IMG/VR virus record: IMGVR_UViG_3300038797_000097
Span: 1-53,155 of that record
Reading direction: 5' to 3' (one strand)
From: a virus
Lineage: Duplodnaviria; Caudoviricetes
Length of the DNA stretch: 53,155 nucleotides
Shown: in pieces, positions 36,573 to 46,332 of the stretch
Position numbering within the stretch: the first letter of the stretch is position 1
Layout of the letters: each line of letters opens with the position of its first letter
Program-made: the position numbers and the translations under genes
Notes under the pieces: generated by a model
What the model was told of the DNA's origin: nothing
The model's database searches: none
What the model saw: the letters and a program-made list of their open reading frames with translations, nothing else

Positions 36573-39061
36573 TGGGTGGATTATTTGGCGGTACCACGAT
36601 TAGTACTACTGATACCCGTATCAACTCAATGCGGATTCAACAATCAGCTTACGGGCTTTGTCAGCCTTTGGTGTATGGTAAAACCCGTGTAGCTGCCAAC
36701 ATGTTTTGGTATGGTGATTTTCTTGCAACACCTCACACTACGGTTGAGAAATCTGGCGGCAAGGGTGGAAGTACTAAAACAAGTAACACTACTTTTAGTT
36801 ATAGTGCTTCTCTCATGTTGGGATTATGTGAGAACCAGATTAAAAAGATTGGCTTGATATGGGTTGATAAAGATCAGTACATACCAAAGCAGGAAGGATC
36901 CATTACGCTAGATCCAATCGACCAGCTAAAGTTTGAATTGTACGATGGGAATAATAACCCTCCATGGGGGTGGTTAGTTTCAAAGCACCCTGATCAAGCT
37001 ATTAACTATCCTTTTTTGGGATATGTAGCATGTGCTAATTATGAAATGGGAAATAGCGCCAGTCTTTCAAATCATAACTTTGAAGTGATTAGCACAATTA
37101 CTCTGTCAGAGACTATTGACGATGCTAATCCAGCTGATGTGATTGAAGACTTTATTACGCACCCTAGACACGGCGCTGCACCTAATTTAAATATGGCAGA
37201 TTTAGAAGAGTTCCGTACATATTGCCGTGCTGCAAATCTCTTAATTAGCCCAGCATTCACAGAACAACGCCCTGCATATGAAACAATTAATGAGATTGTC
37301 GAAGCCGTAAATTGTGCTGTGGTACCTAGTCCAGACGGTTTAAAGATCCGTTCATTTGGCGATTCTGCAATTACAGGAAACGGCGTTACTTTTACACCGG
37401 ATCTCACACCGGTTTATCACTTAACTGATGATGATTTTATCGGTGATGTTGAGCCGGTGCGAGTACGCCGTAGCCGTGATACTGATGCTTATAATCATGT
37501 GCAAATTGAATACATCAATCGCTACAACCAGTACAACACAGAAACGACTGAGGCCAAGGACCAAGCAAACATTGAAATGTTCGGCTTACGTACTGAGGAT
37601 CCAGTAGAAAGCCATTACTTTTGTGAGCCCAAAATAGCCCGTCATGCGGCGCAGCTTCGCTTACAACGATTGCTTTATGTGCGTAATGAATATGAGTTTA
37701 CCTTAGGGTGGAAGTACTGCCGGTTAGAACCAATGGATATTGTTACCATTACAGATGAAGCATTGGGCCTAAATCAATTTCCCGTACGCATCACACGGAT
37801 TGAAGAAGACGAGTTCGGTGAATTAACTATCACGGCTGAAGAACTTGCCATAGGTTCAAGGTCTGCCATTGAATACGATTCGCAAGCATCGAATGGCTAT
37901 CAAGGCGGTAATGAAGAACCTGGTAATGTGAATGCTCCAGCTATATTTGAACCTCCACTAGATCTTACAGATGGCAAGAATCATGTATGGGTTGCTGTGT
38001 CTGGTGGCATCAATTGGGGCGGCTGCAACGTTTGGGCCAGTCTGGACAATACGACTTATGAAATGATCGGGACTATTTACGGATCGGCTCGATACGGCCA
38101 ATTGGTTACGGCTATCGATGCAGATGATACAGCTTTGCAAGTTGAGCTAAATACAGCAAGTCGTATCTTCAGCGGCACATTAGAAGATGCTCAAGCTGAC
38201 CAAACTCTTTGTAAAGTCGGTGATGAGTATTTTAATTATCAAGTGGCCACTTTAAATGGAACAGGCCTTTATACCTTAAGTGATGTTCTACGTGGACGTT
38301 TTGACGATGCTCAGATTCATAATGCTGGTGAGCCTTTTGTTCGTCTTGATAGGGCTATCTTTGAATATCCATACAATCAGAATCTTGTGGGTAAACAGAT
38401 TTTCTTAAAGTTCACTAGCTTTAATGGATTGGAGCGAAAAGAACAAACATTAGATGAGGTAACAGCATATAGCTATACATTGTATGGTGGACGTCCTGCG
38501 GGTGTTAAAGGTTTGTCACTTCAATCGCCGTTTGTGGGTACCACGTTCAAAATTCAGTGGCAAAGCTCAATCGGTGCAGATGGTTATCGGGTACAAGTCT
38601 GGTCGAATGGTGCAATGATTCGGCAAGTTGATACAACAAATACGGATTACAGTTATTCGATAGAAGAAGCTAAAACTGATGGTATAGGCCGAGCTTATAC
38701 AATTCGTGTAGCCAGTAAGAACGGTGACCAGATCAGCACCTATGCTGAATTAAGTATTAGCAATCCGGTACCGCCAGTGCTCCTAAATGTTTATACAGTT
38801 GCTACGGTTGATTCTATTACTGTGAATTGGGTGCCGAGCGAAGTACCAGACCTTAAAGACTATGCAGTGTGGCTAAGTCTTACTCCTAATTTTGATCCTA
38901 CACAAATGTCGCCTACATGGACCGGCATAGATTTAACAATTACTTTTGGAGGCTTACAACCTACAACCCCATATTACATTCGTGTTGCTGTACGCGATGT
39001 ATGGGAAAGTACAGTCTGGAACTACACAAATCAGATTACTCAAAGTACTTCTGAAGGTTAA
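36572..39061 (+). CDS. Central tail tip / host-specificity protein with FN3-like C-terminus (start re-called at MGGLFGG)
   Basis: TAATG coupling at 36570-36574; SAYG...PLVYG.TRV; LEPMDIV; LRGRF motifs. Confidence 0.87.
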   Translation: MGGLFGGTTISTTDTRINSMRIQQSAYGLCQPLVYGKTRVAANMFWYGDFLATPHTTVEKSGGKGGSTKTSNTTFSYSASLMLGLCENQIKKIGLIWVDKDQYIPKQEGSITLDPIDQLKFELYDGNNNPPWGWLVSKHPDQAINYPFLGYVACANYEMGNSASLSNHNFEVISTITLSETIDDANPADVIEDFITHPRHGAAPNLNMADLEEFRTYCRAANLLISPAFTEQRPAYETINEIVEAVNCAVVPSPDGLKIRSFGDSAITGNGVTFTPDLTPVYHLTDDDFIGDVEPVRVRRSRDTDAYNHVQIEYINRYNQYNTETTEAKDQANIEMFGLRTEDPVESHYFCEPKIARHAAQLRLQRLLYVRNEYEFTLGWKYCRLEPMDIVTITDEALGLNQFPVRITRIEEDEFGELTITAEELAIGSRSAIEYDSQASNGYQGGNEEPGNVNAPAIFEPPLDLTDGKNHVWVAVSGGINWGGCNVWASLDNTTYEMIGTIYGSARYGQLVTAIDADDTALQVELNTASRIFSGTLEDAQADQTLCKVGDEYFNYQVATLNGTGLYTLSDVLRGRFDDAQIHNAGEPFVRLDRAIFEYPYNQNLVGKQIFLKFTSFNGLERKEQTLDEVTAYSYTLYGGRPAGVKGLSLQSPFVGTTFKIQWQSSIGADGYRVQVWSNGAMIRQVDTTNTDYSYSIEEAKTDGIGRAYTIRVASKNGDQISTYAELSISNPVPPVLLNVYTVATVDSITVNWVPSEVPDLKDYAVWLSLTPNFDPTQMSPTWTGIDLTITFGGLQPTTPYYIRVAVRDVWESTVWNYTNQITQSTSEG

Positions 39062-39063
39062 TT

Positions 39064-39102
39064 AAAATTACTGAACATCCAAATTGGGTGTTCAGTAATT
39101 TT
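39064..39102. terminator. Long bidirectional terminator
   Basis: AAAATTACTGAACATCC-aaatt-GGGTGTTCAGTAATTTT between convergent genes. Confidence 0.8.
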
Positions 39103-39120
39103 TTAGGAGGCAAAAGCGAC

Positions 39121-40107
39121 TTAATTTTTTTGAACTAAAATTCTTTTATTTTTACTAACATCGTGACACCACTCACTTACACCTTTAGAGCCATCTAAAG
39201 TTGCTTCAGTAAATTTAATATTAAATTTGGTATTTGACCAATTACTAAAACACGTATTTGAGTTGGAGTTATTTTTATAGGCTAATTTATTGAAGTTAAT
39301 TTGTCCTGCTTGAGTGCTATCAATACCATTTACAATTGATCCAAAAGTAGAGCGGTTATCTTTATGATTAATAACAGAAATACTTACAGGGTTTTTAGGG
39401 TTCTTATAAAATTTCAGCGTTATTTGTATTCCGGCACCTTTGTTATTTTCTGTAGTAATGTTTTTAAAAGTTAAGTTTTCTAAATGGGACTTATTGTTAT
39501 TTGGCTCAATAGCAATACCGCTTGCAGGCCCGGTACCAGAGGTATTTTTAATTGTTAGGTTGTTTGCATTCAAATTTTTAGCTGTAATTACGGAGACGCC
39601 TTGTCTTCTATTATCATTCATGATGATATTTGATAAGACAATATCAGAGTTCGAAAAATTGTTGTTGTTCCCTAAATAGATTGCATCCCCCCACATTTTT
39701 GAAATTTTCATATTCGAAATCGTAATATTTTGAGAATCACGGATGTCAATGCCCATTCCCCATTCGCCATATTTATTTAAATGCGAATATTTATCACCGA
39801 TAAGTTCGCCTCCAGTGATTGTTACGTTTTTTACATTAGAGATATCAAATACTTTATAGGCTCCGCTTTTATTTGGAATGACATTCAATCTCGTATTTTC
39901 TGACATAGTTATAACAGAACCGTTTTGAGGCTTGATTGATTTAAGAGCATCAACTTTGTAGTCACCAGGAGGAATTGTTACATTCTTATTATTTTTAAGT
40001 GCTGTATTAAGCTCATCCGTAATGTCTGAATTTAACTCAAAATTTTGTGCATAAGTGGACATAGAACAAAATATCGATGTCACAAGAATTAGATAGTTAA
40101 GATTCAT
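39121..40107 (-). CDS. Secreted right-handed beta-helix (pectate-lyase-like) protein
   Basis: Signal peptide ending STYA; V.IPPGDY; WGDAIY; NRRQGVSV; Asn-rich repeats; antisense to the late operon. Confidence 0.8.
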   Translation of the reverse strand: MNLNYLILVTSIFCSMSTYAQNFELNSDITDELNTALKNNKNVTIPPGDYKVDALKSIKPQNGSVITMSENTRLNVIPNKSGAYKVFDISNVKNVTITGGELIGDKYSHLNKYGEWGMGIDIRDSQNITISNMKISKMWGDAIYLGNNNNFSNSDIVLSNIIMNDNRRQGVSVITAKNLNANNLTIKNTSGTGPASGIAIEPNNNKSHLENLTFKNITTENNKGAGIQITLKFYKNPKNPVSISVINHKDNRSTFGSIVNGIDSTQAGQINFNKLAYKNNSNSNTCFSNWSNTKFNIKFTEATLDGSKGVSEWCHDVSKNKRILVQKN

Positions 40108-40200
40108 GTCAGCAATCTATCAATATAAGGGGATTACATCTTTACAAATATATTGTGAAGATTCTATTTGAAAATTGTTTTAGCTCAACCAAAAGTTATC

Positions 40201-40233
40201 AGCCCTAGCTTGGAATAAGTTAGGGCTTTTTTT
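40201..40233 (+). terminator. Terminator upstream of holin
   Basis: AGCCCTAGCTT-ggaat-AAGTTAGGGCT plus T run. Confidence 0.7.
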
Positions 40234-40256
40234 ATCTAAAATTTCTGGAGAAAAAA

Positions 40257-40646
40257 ATGGAACCAGTTTCCACTAGCGGTTTAACAGCACTTTTAAAGTT
40301 TTATGGTGCAGCAATTATGGTGACTTTAGCAGTCGCTTTAGTTGCAGCAGTGGTATTAATGACACGTATGCCGCGCTCACCTCAAGAATGGGCCGTTGGG
40401 CTCATCTGTACAGTTGTATCAAGTTTGGCGGGTGGCTCATTCATTATCGTGAAGTGGGGGCTTCATGAATGGTTTACTGATGTGTGGGGAATGATTGCCT
40501 TAGGGGGCTTCTTCTTCATATGCGGTATTCCCGGCTGGGCTTTAGTTCGATGGATCTTTAACTTCATTGCCAAGCAAGAAGGTAAAACAATTGTTGAAGT
40601 GATCAAAGAGGTTAAAAAAGCCAAAGATGATATTCAAAATAGTTAA
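40257..40646 (+). CDS. Holin (3 TM)
   Basis: Three hydrophobic helices, charged C-terminus, upstream of endolysin. Confidence 0.78.
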   Translation: MEPVSTSGLTALLKFYGAAIMVTLAVALVAAVVLMTRMPRSPQEWAVGLICTVVSSLAGGSFIIVKWGLHEWFTDVWGMIALGGFFFICGIPGWALVRWIFNFIAKQEGKTIVEVIKEVKKAKDDIQNS

Positions 40647-40764
40647 CCGCCTTCGGGCATTATTATTCAATAGTTTACTTATATTTCTGTCATCTGTCGG
40701 AATTAATCAAATTATTTAAAGACTTGTTTATACTAAATGTTCAAAATAAAAATAGGATAATGCC

Positions 40765-41637
40765 GTGAAAAAGATAATTTTAGCAACAGTAATGGGTTTC
40801 AGTGGAGTAAGTAGTGCTTTTGCCGAGTGCTCCTATAGCTTTGATGCGACCTTACAAGACATAAAAGCCTTTGAAGTAGCAAACGGAGCAAACAGTGCTA
40901 ATTATCGCTATGCAGAGCAAGTTGCTAATATAAATAATACGAATCAGTCTGGTTATGACGTTATAAATTATTATTCAAATAAAGATGTCGATAAGCTTTT
41001 AGCTTCTAAAAAATATATTCAGTTTAAAACTCAATATACTTCTAATACGCCAGACAATGTTGCCATAGTAGATAAACCTATTACTACTTCAGATATTTTT
41101 GCTCAGGAGTTCATTTTTGATGTGAATAATCTCAAGGTTAATCTTGGCAGTACTTCTCAGATGTATGAGTATGGTTTTGTTATTACTGGATCCTCACAAT
41201 CTAAAGTGGAATTTACATTAAATTTAATGTTTGCAAAAGGTAATAACTATTCAGGTGTTATAAATGGAGACTCAATCGCTTCTTTAGGTGCTACATATAA
41301 ATCAGATGGAAATGGTCATTTAACATACTTAAGTGCTAATAGAACCAGTAATCCAGTACAAGTTCCAGCTGATGGGAAGGTTAGAGTCGGAATTTATGTA
41401 AATCAAAATACTAAACAGATTGGATATATTGTTAATGGTGTAAATTACGGCTACTTAAATCTTACTATGGAAAATAAATTAAAATATATAAGCTTCATGG
41501 GAGCAATTAACCAAGACCACTTCGCTAACTCTGCTTTGACTGGTAAAACGGTTGGGCTCCAATTGGTTACAGATAAGTCCAAAATGCAGTTTACTTATCC
41601 AACTGGAGCTAAAGACATTTGCGGGGTAGCTTTGTAA
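40765..41637 (+). CDS. Secreted cargo protein (DUF4882-like)
   Basis: Signal peptide AFA-EC; RVGIYVNQNTKQIGYIVNGVNYGY; YPTGAKDICG. Confidence 0.7.
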   Translation: MKKIILATVMGFSGVSSAFAECSYSFDATLQDIKAFEVANGANSANYRYAEQVANINNTNQSGYDVINYYSNKDVDKLLASKKYIQFKTQYTSNTPDNVAIVDKPITTSDIFAQEFIFDVNNLKVNLGSTSQMYEYGFVITGSSQSKVEFTLNLMFAKGNNYSGVINGDSIASLGATYKSDGNGHLTYLSANRTSNPVQVPADGKVRVGIYVNQNTKQIGYIVNGVNYGYLNLTMENKLKYISFMGAINQDHFANSALTGKTVGLQLVTDKSKMQFTYPTGAKDICGVAL

Positions 41638-41823
41638 AAAACTATATAAGTAACAAATTTCTTTCAACAGCCGCCTTCGGGCGGTTTTTTATTACATGGA
41701 AATCGGGCCGGAGGATACTCATAGCTAAGTTTTCTATGATCAAAAAGCAAAAACCCCAGTGTTGGAGCACTGAGGTTTTTTATCAACTTAACCAAAGCTA
41801 GATTAAGGAGAAGATATATCTAT

Positions 41824-41973
41824 ATGGAGCATTTTAAACCAATAGTGGAGCTTATAAAAGTGTCTATTGAAAAGTACGGCTTATGGCAAACAATAGTTGC
41901 ATTTATTCTATTGTTTTCCATACCAATCTTAATGTGGAAGTTGGATGTAATTATTGCTTCTATAAAAGCATGA
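41824..41973 (+). CDS. 49-aa single-TM peptide (not in the ORF track)
   Basis: MEHFKPIVELIKVSIEKYGLWQTIVAFILLFSIPILMWKLDVIIASIKA; TAAGGAG upstream; terminators at 41670-41690 and 41993-42014. Confidence 0.65.
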   Translation: MEHFKPIVELIKVSIEKYGLWQTIVAFILLFSIPILMWKLDVIIASIKA

Positions 41974-42033
41974 ACCAACTTGAAAAAACTGCGCCACCTA
42001 CGGGTGGCTTTTTTACGTCTATAGGAAAGTGAA

Positions 42034-42576
42034 ATGAATATTGAACAATATCTTGAAGAACTCATTAAACGTGAAGGTGGGTATGTAAATAATCCAGCGG
42101 ATCGAGGAGGCGCAACAAAGTACGGTATTACTGAAGCAGTTGCTCGAGCAAACGGATTTAAAGGCAGTATGAAAGACTTACCTCTTGAAACTGCTAAGGC
42201 AATTTATAAAAAACAGTACTGGACGGCTCCGAGTTTTGACCAAGTGAATACAGTCAGCTCAGCAGTGGCCGAAGAGCTGTTAGATACCGGTGTTAACTGT
42301 GGTACTGGCTTTGCAAAACCACTTTTACAGCGTGCTTTGAATCTATTAAATAACAATGGTAAAGCAGGGTGGCCAGATTTATCAGTAGATGGGATTTATG
42401 GTCCAGCGACATTAAATGCACTTAAGACTTATCTGGCCAAGCGCGGTAAAGAAGGAGAGAAAGTATTGGTGCGAGTTCTTAATATCATGCAAGGCCAACG
42501 CTACATAGAAATCTGTGAACGTAATCCAAGTCAGGAACAATTTTTCTATGGCTGGATTGCTAATCGAATTTCATGA
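42034..42576 (+). CDS. Endolysin, glycoside hydrolase family 108 with peptidoglycan-binding domain
   Basis: REGGYVNNPADRGGATKYGIT; D.GVNCG; VDGIYGPAT; F.YGW..NR. Confidence 0.93.
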   Translation: MNIEQYLEELIKREGGYVNNPADRGGATKYGITEAVARANGFKGSMKDLPLETAKAIYKKQYWTAPSFDQVNTVSSAVAEELLDTGVNCGTGFAKPLLQRALNLLNNNGKAGWPDLSVDGIYGPATLNALKTYLAKRGKEGEKVLVRVLNIMQGQRYIEICERNPSQEQFFYGWIANRIS

Positions 42577-42700
42577 TGAAACTTTTATTGTGGTTTGCAG
42601 TCTAATAAAAAGATGCAAACCACAGAACATTAATAAAAGCTTGAATAATTGGTATTACTATTAAATATCCATGATAAAGATTAAATAAAAATTTAATTCA

Positions 42701-43402
42701 TTATTTGATACTTTTTAAATGATTGTTTAAGTTTTCAATTAAATTTTCAAAAGATGTATCATAATTGGAAAATTCATCTAATATAGAGTGGTCTGTACTA
42801 ATATCAATATCAATTTTCTCTTTAAAATATTTAGGGTAAGTTTCTACAAAAGGAAATTCTGGGGCTTGGTATCCTTTACAAACGTTAAAAATATTAATAT
42901 AGTTTAACGAATGCTTCGCTAGGGTTTCATGTGCTTGTAAATAATTAGTAATTAAATTATCTAAATTATTACTTTCGGAAACAGTAGATATTACTGTTTT
43001 TCCTAAATAATTAATTTTTTTACGCATAGTTTCATCATAATGAACTTGATCTAATTTCTTTGCTCTTGTAATTTTTCTTAGTTCAGAATTTACTGCTTCA
43101 TTTAATATATCAATCTCTGGCTTAAAATTAAAATGTAAATCTTCAATTATACTGATCAATCTAATTATAATTTCTTTCTCAAGATTCTTTCTATACTCAA
43201 GCCTCCAATCATTAAATAAATAAACGGCAATGAATGCAGCAAAAAAAGTTCCACAAGCTCCCAATATTGAACCAAATGCCGATATGAAATCAGCAGAAGT
43301 ACTATAGACATTTTTTAGAGTACAATATGTAAGTAATGCTAACGCATAAGCAACTACAGCACATAGTAGAATTGATAATAATGTCTCATTTTTAGTTTTC
43401 AT
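42701..43402 (-). CDS. Cargo membrane protein, same family as 5392-6036
   Basis: Two TM; DFISAFGS...FAAFIAVYLFNDWRLE. Confidence 0.7.
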   Translation of the reverse strand: MKTKNETLLSILLCAVVAYALALLTYCTLKNVYSTSADFISAFGSILGACGTFFAAFIAVYLFNDWRLEYRKNLEKEIIIRLISIIEDLHFNFKPEIDILNEAVNSELRKITRAKKLDQVHYDETMRKKINYLGKTVISTVSESNNLDNLITNYLQAHETLAKHSLNYINIFNVCKGYQAPEFPFVETYPKYFKEKIDIDISTDHSILDEFSNYDTSFENLIENLNNHLKSIK

Positions 43403-43571
43403 TAATTACTCACACTAACTTGAAAAGGATTTTACTATTAACTAGGAGTTGATTATTTTTTTTGTTTTAAAAATAATCATCATTACTTAACTATATAACT
43501 TAATGTTCGAGATGTAAGAAGAATATTTTATATTAAGCTGTTTATTAAGTTTATTAAGTTATTTTAAAAAA

Positions 43572-44360
43572 TTATATAAGGATTTCTACTCGGATCAAAT
43601 TGTATAAAATTTTATTTGCCATATTATCAGGTACTAAAGGATTAATTAAGCCTCCAAAGTCAAATAGAACAGGTTGAGAGTTTTTCGAAACAGATATAGG
43701 AATTAAATTTTTATAGTCGTAAAGTATTCTGTTATTATTTTCACCAGTACTACACAAAACAAATGCTACTTTTCCTAATTGTAAATAAAATTTAAAACGT
43801 AAGGGACTTCCTGAATTAGAGTAACTTAATGACTTATTTAATTGGTACATGCTAAAAATTTGTGATCTCCAGTGGTCTAGATGAGATATACAAAAAAATT
43901 CTTCTGCGAGTAAATCAGTTGCATATAAATCTATATTTTCAGGAAAATATCTTTTTATGAAAAAATCACGGTGTAAAAAAGTCTTATCTTCTGAAAAATT
44001 TTTAAGACTAGTTGCGATAAAATTGAGATATATTTTATAAATCAATATTTTTAAGTAAGTTATATTCTTTTCATTTAAATCATTGTAGGACAAGTTGTCA
44101 TCTATGAAATGAGTCAAAAAATCTTTACACAAGTTATCTATGTCATGTAACCAACCATTATTACAACTTGAGCAAACTTTATAAGTTAGAGTATGTGGTA
44201 CTGGTTTCGTTATTTTTACTTTATCTAGATTTTTTGAAAGAAAATTAAATTGTAACTGTTGTTTCTTAATTCCTAGTTTATTGATGATCCATTGTGGAAT
44301 TACATGTTCATTCGTTTTGTTATAGCTGCTAATCTCTATCCCACAGTAAATACATTTCAC
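43572..44360 (-). CDS. HNH-like Zn-finger nuclease cargo protein
   Basis: CIYCG...TNEHVIPQW...VCSSCNNGWL. Confidence 0.75.
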   Translation of the reverse strand: MKCIYCGIEISSYNKTNEHVIPQWIINKLGIKKQQLQFNFLSKNLDKVKITKPVPHTLTYKVCSSCNNGWLHDIDNLCKDFLTHFIDDNLSYNDLNEKNITYLKILIYKIYLNFIATSLKNFSEDKTFLHRDFFIKRYFPENIDLYATDLLAEEFFCISHLDHWRSQIFSMYQLNKSLSYSNSGSPLRFKFYLQLGKVAFVLCSTGENNNRILYDYKNLIPISVSKNSQPVLFDFGGLINPLVPDNMANKILYNLIRVEILI

Positions 44361-44391
44361 ATTTTTACTCCAATTTTTTTAATAAAATAAA

Positions 44392-45690
44392 TTAATTCTT
44401 AACTATTAACAACTCATCCCATCTAAACGGATTCCTACTTAATTTATCTCGTGACATAGACCAGTTTCGATTGGGTATAAAACAAGGTCCGACACTAATT
44501 TTTTTCTTTCCAAATTTACTATGGATACCATCCATAGCTTTCATCAAACATTCCTTTTTCTCTATGTGTTCAAAGTCGGTTAAGAGGTCATAGGTATGGC
44601 CAGATTTGGGCTCAAGTCCTGTCAGCACTACGCCGCACTTCTTATATTTAATTCCTTCTTTGTATATATCGTTTAACATCCTTGTTGCTGCTTTGACAAA
44701 ATCTACAGCGCAATCAGTCGGTTCAGAAAAAGATCCAGTAATTGACTTGTTATAAAAAGGGACATTTGGGTCGAAAGGGTTTGACTGTACAAAAGCAATC
44801 ATACATCCGCACAAAAGCCCTTCATCACGTAGCCTTTTACACGCATCTTGGGCATACATCGAGATAGCTTCTTTTAAGGCGGTTAGCTCAGTTACGCGAC
44901 CACCGAAGGACCTTGAAGCGACAATTTGTTTTTTTGATGGGGGAGTATGCTCGATCTCAATGCATGAGATACCTTGTAGTTCGTAGATCGTGCGAGCCAT
45001 GACAATCGAGAATTTTTTCTGCATCTCTCGAGGTTCAGCACAAGCTAGATCAAGCACAGTATTAATTCCCATGCTTTGCAACTTTTTTGAATGCTTACGG
45101 CCGACTCCCCAAACTTCAGATACTTCAATTAATGAGAAATAATATTCTTTGTTGCACGGATCCATTGATACTAGATCGCACACACTGTTAAAACCGGGAT
45201 TCTTTTTAGCAATATGATTTGCAATCTTTGATTCTGTTTTACTTCTGCCGATTCCGACACAGACTGGTAGGCCAAGCCATTTCCATATTTGCTGTCGCAT
45301 TTGCTGACCAACCTTTTCTAAGTCAAAGTTCTTTTCATAAGCTGAGAAATCAACAAAGCACTCATCAATAGAATAAGGTTCAACTTCTTCTTCAGTAACG
45401 TATGAACCAAGAATCTTATGAAAACGTCTGGACATTTCTGCGTACATTGCATAGTTGCTTGAAAGTACGATTACGTTATGTTGCTGAACAATATCTTTGA
45501 TCTGGAATAGGGGAACTCCCATTTTAACGCCTAACGCTTTTGATTCATTGCTGCGAGCAACAGCGCAACCATCATTATTAGATAGAACTATGACAGGTTT
45601 ATCATTTAAACTTGGATCAAAGACTCTCTCACATGAGACATACATATTATTGACGTCTATGAGAAAAAAGACTTTATTCTCATGTTTCAT
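44392..45690 (-). CDS. umuC: Y-family DNA polymerase V catalytic subunit
   Basis: [15 protein letters not shown]; VLSNNDGC; YSIDE; SRSFG; C-terminal W.M.R..LS. Confidence 0.95.
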   Translation of the reverse strand: MKHENKVFFLIDVNNMYVSCERVFDPSLNDKPVIVLSNNDGCAVARSNESKALGVKMGVPLFQIKDIVQQHNVIVLSSNYAMYAEMSRRFHKILGSYVTEEEVEPYSIDECFVDFSAYEKNFDLEKVGQQMRQQIWKWLGLPVCVGIGRSKTESKIANHIAKKNPGFNSVCDLVSMDPCNKEYYFSLIEVSEVWGVGRKHSKKLQSMGINTVLDLACAEPREMQKKFSIVMARTIYELQGISCIEIEHTPPSKKQIVASRSFGGRVTELTALKEAISMYAQDACKRLRDEGLLCGCMIAFVQSNPFDPNVPFYNKSITGSFSEPTDCAVDFVKAATRMLNDIYKEGIKYKKCGVVLTGLEPKSGHTYDLLTDFEHIEKKECLMKAMDGIHSKFGKKKISVGPCFIPNRNWSMSRDKLSRNPFRWDELLIVKN

Positions 45691-46184
45691 GATCTTTTTC
45701 TTGTCATTTTAATAATATGAGTGACAACTCCCCAGATAATTAGTTCTTGTCCTTCTTGTAGATAGATATTTTTATATTCTGGATTTTCAGCCTTAAGCCA
45801 TTGACCCTTTTCATCGATCATTAATCGCTTAACCGTAAAATCATTATCGATTAGAGCCACAACAATATCGCCATTTTTAGCATCTAAGCTGCGATCAACA
45901 ATTAATTCATCATCAATTTCGATTCCTGCATTCAACATAGATAAAGATGCAACTTTGACAATGAATGTTGCAGTTTCATTTTTTATTAAGTGCTCGTTCA
46001 TATCGAGAGCTCTGTCGATGTAATCTTGTGCTGGGCTGGGAAAACCTGCATTAATCTTTTCTAATGCGTAGGGGATAAGCATTTGTGTAGAACGCAAGAC
46101 AAAATTAATAGATACAACATCAGATAAAACAACACCTTGTAAGTATGGTTTTATCTTAATAATGGACGGTACAATTTCGCTCAT
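45687..46184 (-). CDS. umuD: Pol V accessory subunit (S24 autopeptidase)
   Basis: [10 protein letters not shown]; SM Ser; TVKR Lys; ATGA overlap with umuC. Confidence 0.93.
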   Translation of the reverse strand: MSEIVPSIIKIKPYLQGVVLSDVVSINFVLRSTQMLIPYALEKINAGFPSPAQDYIDRALDMNEHLIKNETATFIVKVASLSMLNAGIEIDDELIVDRSLDAKNGDIVVALIDNDFTVKRLMIDEKGQWLKAENPEYKNIYLQEGQELIIWGVVTHIIKMTRKRS

Positions 46185-46197
46185 AGCATTCCCCTAA

Positions 46198-46220
46198 CTT
46201 GATTTTGTTACATTATCAAG
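46198..46220 (-). promoter_or_regulatory. Acinetobacter DNA-damage (UmuDAb-type) operator
   Basis: Palindrome CTTGAT-AATGTAACAAA-ATCAAG (minus strand) just upstream of the umuD RBS. Confidence 0.7.
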
Positions 46221-46332
46221 ATGATATGCTAGAGCAAAGATGAAATTCAAATTTAAAAAGTTGTGGATAAATAAGGACAAGTCGTAACTTGTCGCTTTAA
46301 AAAGTGCATTTGATCGGAAAATAATCTAAAAA

